A stretch of DNA of 64,000 bases from Eledone cirrhosa (taxonomy: Eukaryota). Positions 59,301-64,000 of this stretch are shown one piece after another. The stretch's first letter is position 1. Every line of letters starts with the position of its first letter. A program made the translations under genes and the position numbers. Location: contig OZ024746.1 of NCBI GenBank assembly GCA_964016885.1, positions 32,674,001 to 32,738,000 on the forward strand. Reading direction: 5' to 3'. The notes under the pieces are model-generated. The model saw nothing but the letters and a program-made list of their open reading frames with translations. It ran no database searches and was not told the origin of the DNA.

Positions 59301-62300
59301 AACAGTACAACCCTACATTCCAACCTACAACACCCATCCAAACAGCCCACCCCTACATTCCAACCTACAACACCCATCCAAAGAGTCCACCCCTACATTC
59401 CAACCTACACCACCCAACCAAACAGTACACCCCTACATTCCAACCTACAACACCCATCCAAACAGTCCACCCCTACATTCCAACCTACAACACCCATCCA
59501 AACAGTCCACCCCTACATTCCAACCTACAACACCCATCCAAACAGTACACTCCTACATTCCAACCTACAACACCCATCCAAACAGTCCACCCCTACATTC
59601 CAACCTACAACACCCATCCAAACAGTCCACCCCTACATTCCAACCTACACCACCCAACCAAACAGTACACCCCTACATTCCAACCTACAACACCCATCCA
59701 AACAGTCCACCCCTACATTCCAACCTACAACACCCATCCAAACAGTCCACCCCTACATTCCAACCTACAACACCCATCCAAACAGTTCACCCCTACATTC
59801 CAACCTACAACACCCATCCAAACAGTCCACCCCTATATTCCAACCTACAACACCCAACCAAACAGTACACCCCTACATTCCAACCTACAACACCCATCCA
59901 AACAGTCCACCCCTACATTCCAACCTACAACACCCATCCAAACAGTCCACCCCTACATTCCAACCTACACCACCCAACCGAACAGTACACCCCTACATTC
60001 CAACCTACAACACCCATCCAAACAGTACACCCCTACATTCCAACCTACAACACCCAACCAAACAGTACACCCCTACATTCCAACCTACAACACCCATCCA
60101 AACAGTACACCCCTACATTCCAACCTACAACACCCATCCAAACAGACCACCCCTACATTCCAACCTACAGCACCCATCCAAACAGTACACCCCTACGTTC
60201 CAACCTACAACACCTAACCAAACAGTACACCCCTACATTCCAACCTACAACTACCATCCAAACAGTACACCCCTACATTCCAACCTACAACACCCATCCA
60301 AACAGACCACCCCTACATTCCAACCTACAACACCCATCCAAACAGTCCACCCCTACATTCCAACCTACAACACCCATCCAAACAGTCCACCCCTACATTC
60401 CAACCTACACCACCCATCCAAACAGTCCACCCCTACATTCCAACCTACAACACCCATCCAAACAGACCACCCCTACATTCCAACCTACAACACCCATCCA
60501 AACAGACCACCCCTACATTCCAACCTACAACACCCAACCAAACAGTACACCCCTACATTCCAACCTACAACACCCATCCAAACAGTACACCCATACATTC
60601 CAACCTACAACACCCATCCAAACAGACCACCCCTACATTCCAACCTACAACACCCATCCAAACAGACCACCCCTACATTCCAACCTACAACACCCAACCA
60701 AACAGTACACCCCTACATTCCAACCTACAACACCCATCCAAACAGTACACCCCTACATTCCAACCTACAACACCCAACCAAACAGTACACCCCTACATTC
60801 CAACCTACAACACCCATCCAAACAGTACACCCCTACATTCCAACCTACAACACCCATCCAAACAGACCACCCCTACATTCCAACCTACAACACCCATCCA
60901 AACAGACCACCCCTACATTCCAACCTACAACACCCAACCAAACAGTACACCCCTACATTCCAACCTACAACACCCATCCAAACAGTACACCCCTACATTC
61001 CAACCTACAACACCCAACCAAACAGTACACCCCTACATTCCAACCTACAACACCCATCCAAACAGTACACCCCTACATTCCAACCTACAACACCCATCCA
61101 AACAGACCACCCCTACATTCCAACCTACAACACCCATCCAAACAGTCCACCCCTACATTCCAACCTACAACACCCATCCAAACAGTCCACCCCTACATTC
61201 CAACCTACACCACCCATCCAAACAGTCCACCCCTACATTCCAACCTACAACACCCATCCAAACAGACCACCCCTACATTCCAACCTACAACACCCATCCA
61301 AACAGACCACCCCTACATTCCAACCTACAACACCCAACCAAACAGTACACCCCTACATTCCAACCTACAACATCCATCCAAACAGTACACACCTACATTC
61401 CAACCTACAACACCCATCCAAACAGACCACCACTACATTCCAACCTACAACACCCATCCAAACAGACCACCCCTACATTCCAACCTACAACACCCAACCA
61501 AACAGTACACCCCTACATTCCAACCTACAACACCCATCCAAACAGTACACCCCTACATTCCAACCTACAACACCCATCCAAACAGACCACCCCTACATTC
61601 CAACCTACAACACCCATCCAAACAGTCCACCCCTACATTCCAACCTACAACACCCATCCAAACAGTCCACCCCTACATTCCAACCTACACCACCCATCCA
61701 AACAGTCCACCCCTACATTCCAACCTACAACACCCATCCAAACAGACCACCCCTACATTCCAACCTACAACACCTATCCAAACAGACCACCCCTACATTC
61801 CAACCTACAACACCCAACCAAACAGTACACCCCTACATTCCAACCTACAACACCCATCCAAACAGTACACCCCTACATTCCAACCTACAACACCCATCCA
61901 AACAGACCACCCCTACATTCCAACCTACAACACACATCCAAACAGTCCACCCCTACATTCCAACCTACAACACCCATCCAAACAGACCACCCCTACATTC
62001 CAACCTACAACACCCATCCAAACAGTCCACCCCTACATTCCAACCTACAACACCCATCCAAAAAGACCACCCCTACATTCCAACCTACAACACCCATCCA
62101 AACAGACCACCCCTACATTCCAACCTACAACACCCATCCAAACAGACCACCCCTACATTCCAACCTACAACACCCAACCAAACAGTACACCCCTACATTC
62201 CAACCTACAACACCCATCCAAACAGTACACCCCTACATTCCAACCTACAACACCCATCCAAACAGACCACCCCTACATTCCAACCTACAACACCCATCCA

Positions 62301-63700
62301 AACAGTCCACCCCTACATTCCAACCTACAACACCCATCCAAACAGTCCACCCCTACATTCCAACCTACACCACCCATCCAAACAGTCCACCCCTACATTC
62401 CAACCTACAACACCCATCCAAACAGACCACCCCTACATTCCAACCTACAACACCCATCCAAACAGACCACCCCTACATTCCAACCTACAACACCCAACCA
62501 AACAGTACACCCCTACATTCCAACCTACAACACCCATCCAAACAGTACACCCCTACATTCCAACCTACAACACCCATCCAAACAGACCACCCCTACATTC
62601 CAACCTACACCACCCATCCAAACAGTCCACCCCTACATTCCAACCTACAACACCCATCGAAACAGACCACCCCTACATTCCAACCTACAACACCCATCCA
62701 AACAGACCACCCCTACATTCCAACCTACAACACCCAACCAAACAGTACACCCCTACATTCCAACCTACAACACCCATCCAAACAGACCACCCCTACATTC
62801 CAACCTACAACATCCATCCAAACAGTACACCCCTACATTCCAACCTACAACACCCATCCAAACAGTACACCCCTACATTCCAACCTACAACACCCATCCA
62901 AACAGTCCACCCCTACATTCCAACCTACACCACCCATCCAAACAGTCCACCCCTACATTCCAACCTACAACACCCATCCAAACAGACCACCCCTACATTC
63001 CAACCTACAACACCCATCCAAACAGTAAACTCCTACATTCCAACCTACAACACCCATCCAAACAGTACACCCCTACATTCCAACCTACAACACCCATCCA
63101 AACAGTCCACCCCTACATTCCAACCTACAACACCCAACCAAACAGTACACCCCTACATTCCAACCTACAACACCCATCCAAACAGTACACTCCTACATTC
63201 CAACCTACACCACCCAACCAAACAGTACACCCCTACATTCCAACCTACAACACCCATCCAAACAGTCCACCACTACATTCCAACCTACAACACCCATCCA
63301 TACAGTACACCCCTACATTCCAACCTACACCACCCAACCAAACAGTACACCCCTACATTCCAACCTACAACACCCATCCAAACAGTACACTCCTACATTC
63401 CAACCTACACCACCCAACCAAACAGTACACCCCTACATTCCAACCTACAACACCCATCCAAACAGTCCACCCCTACATTCCAACCTACAACACCCATCCA
63501 AACAGTCCACCCCTACATTCCAACCTACACCACCCAACCAAACAGTACACCCCTACATTCCAACCTACAACACCCATCCAAACAGTACACCCCTACATTC
63601 CAACCTACAACACCCATCCAAACAGTACACCCCTACATTCCAACCTACAACACCCAACCAAACAGTCCACCCCTACATTCCAACCTACACCACCCAACCA
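50181..63700. repeat. Higher-order duplication domain 4 (9480-bp offset = 237 monomers, with nested 2.0-2.7 kb duplications)
   Basis: Offset 9480: CAGTTC 50301/59781, CAACCG 50491/59971, CTACAG 50681/60161, CCTAACC 50731/60211, CCTATCC 52291/61771, CACACATCC 52451/61931, AAAAGAC 52581/62061 (positions are starts of the printed decamers). Nested: TACAGT 54461/56461/58701/63301; AAACCTAC 55961/58201; CCATAC 56871/59151; GTACAA 57021/59301; AAGAGT 57101/59381. Confidence 0.9.
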
Positions 63701-64000
63701 AACAGTACACCCCTACATTCCAACCTACAACACCCAACCAAACAGTACACCCCTACATTCCAACCTACAACACCCAACCAAACAGTACACCCCTACATTC
63801 CAACCTACAACACCCATCCAAACAGTACACCCCTACATTCCAATCTACAACACCCATCCAAACAGTAAACTCCTTCATTCCAACCTACAACACCCATCCA
63901 AACAGTCCACCCCTACATTCCAACCTACAACACCCAAACAAACAGTACACCCCTACATTCCAACCTACAACACCCATCCAAACAGTACACCCCTACATTC

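Larger units (their letters stand above)
1..64000. repeat. Tandem satellite/minisatellite array, 40-bp monomer, about 1,600 head-to-tail copies, truncated by both window ends
   Basis: Directly visible. The monomer ACCTACAACA CCCATCCAAA CAGT(C/A)CACCC CTACATTCCA recurs in exact 40-bp phase from 1 to ~35279. Ten 1-bp indels between 35280 and 47553 give a net shift of +2, then exact phase holds to 64000 (last monomer starts at 63963 = 1+40x1599+2). Composition of the TCC form is A14 C19 T6 G1. No inversion or foreign insertion was seen. Confidence 0.99.

Noticed and set aside
1-64000. CRISPR array
   Set aside because: There are no unique spacers; the repeats are directly adjacent with only point variants. 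No leader or cas genes are present.
1-64000. Canonical telomerase repeat (TTAGGG, TTTAGGG, TTAGG, TG1-3)
   Set aside because: The - strand has TGTAGGGG and TGTAGG but no tandem canonical units. Rare variants are propagated in kb-scale blocks, which does not fit templated addition of a short repeat.
1-64000. Human satellite II/III (CATTC)n
   Set aside because: There is only one CATTCC per 40 bp and no pentamer periodicity.
1-64000. Structured RNA genes, terminators, inverted repeats or transposon ends
   Set aside because: The + strand has almost no G and little T, so it has negligible self-complementarity. No inversion or non-repeat insert was seen.
1-64000. Purely synthetic or collapsed-assembly artefact, or a deliberately encoded message in the variant order
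   Set aside because: Hierarchical sharing of rare variants with private differences between copies is what natural satellite turnover produces, and variant order is explained by duplication. Local mis-assembly cannot be excluded without reads.

Overview
The whole 64,000-bp window is one uninterrupted, single-orientation tandem satellite array of about 1,600 copies of a 40-bp monomer, consensus ACCTACAACACCCATCCAAACAGT(C/A)CACCCCTACATTCCA. It runs off both window ends. I see no unique sequence, credible gene, RNA gene, mobile element or CRISPR array. The long ORFs in the track are artefacts: the G-poor + strand is stop-free in all three frames, and the ORFs start at rare GTG/TTG point variants. 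The informative content is the array's internal structure. (1) The strands are extremely asymmetric (1 G vs 18-19 C per monomer on +). (2) About seven recurrently variable positions form linked monomer haplotypes and regional domains. (3) Rare markers trace nested higher-order duplications with offsets from 0.76 to 9.48 kb. (4) All ten length changes fall between 35.3 and 47.6 kb. (5) Each monomer contains TEA-domain-like and Rap1-like motifs. The array is probably eukaryotic heterochromatic, subtelomeric or telomere-like DNA, but organism and function cannot be determined from the sequence. I found no evidence for a new protein-coding system. All marker positions and counts were read by eye, and block boundaries are approximate.
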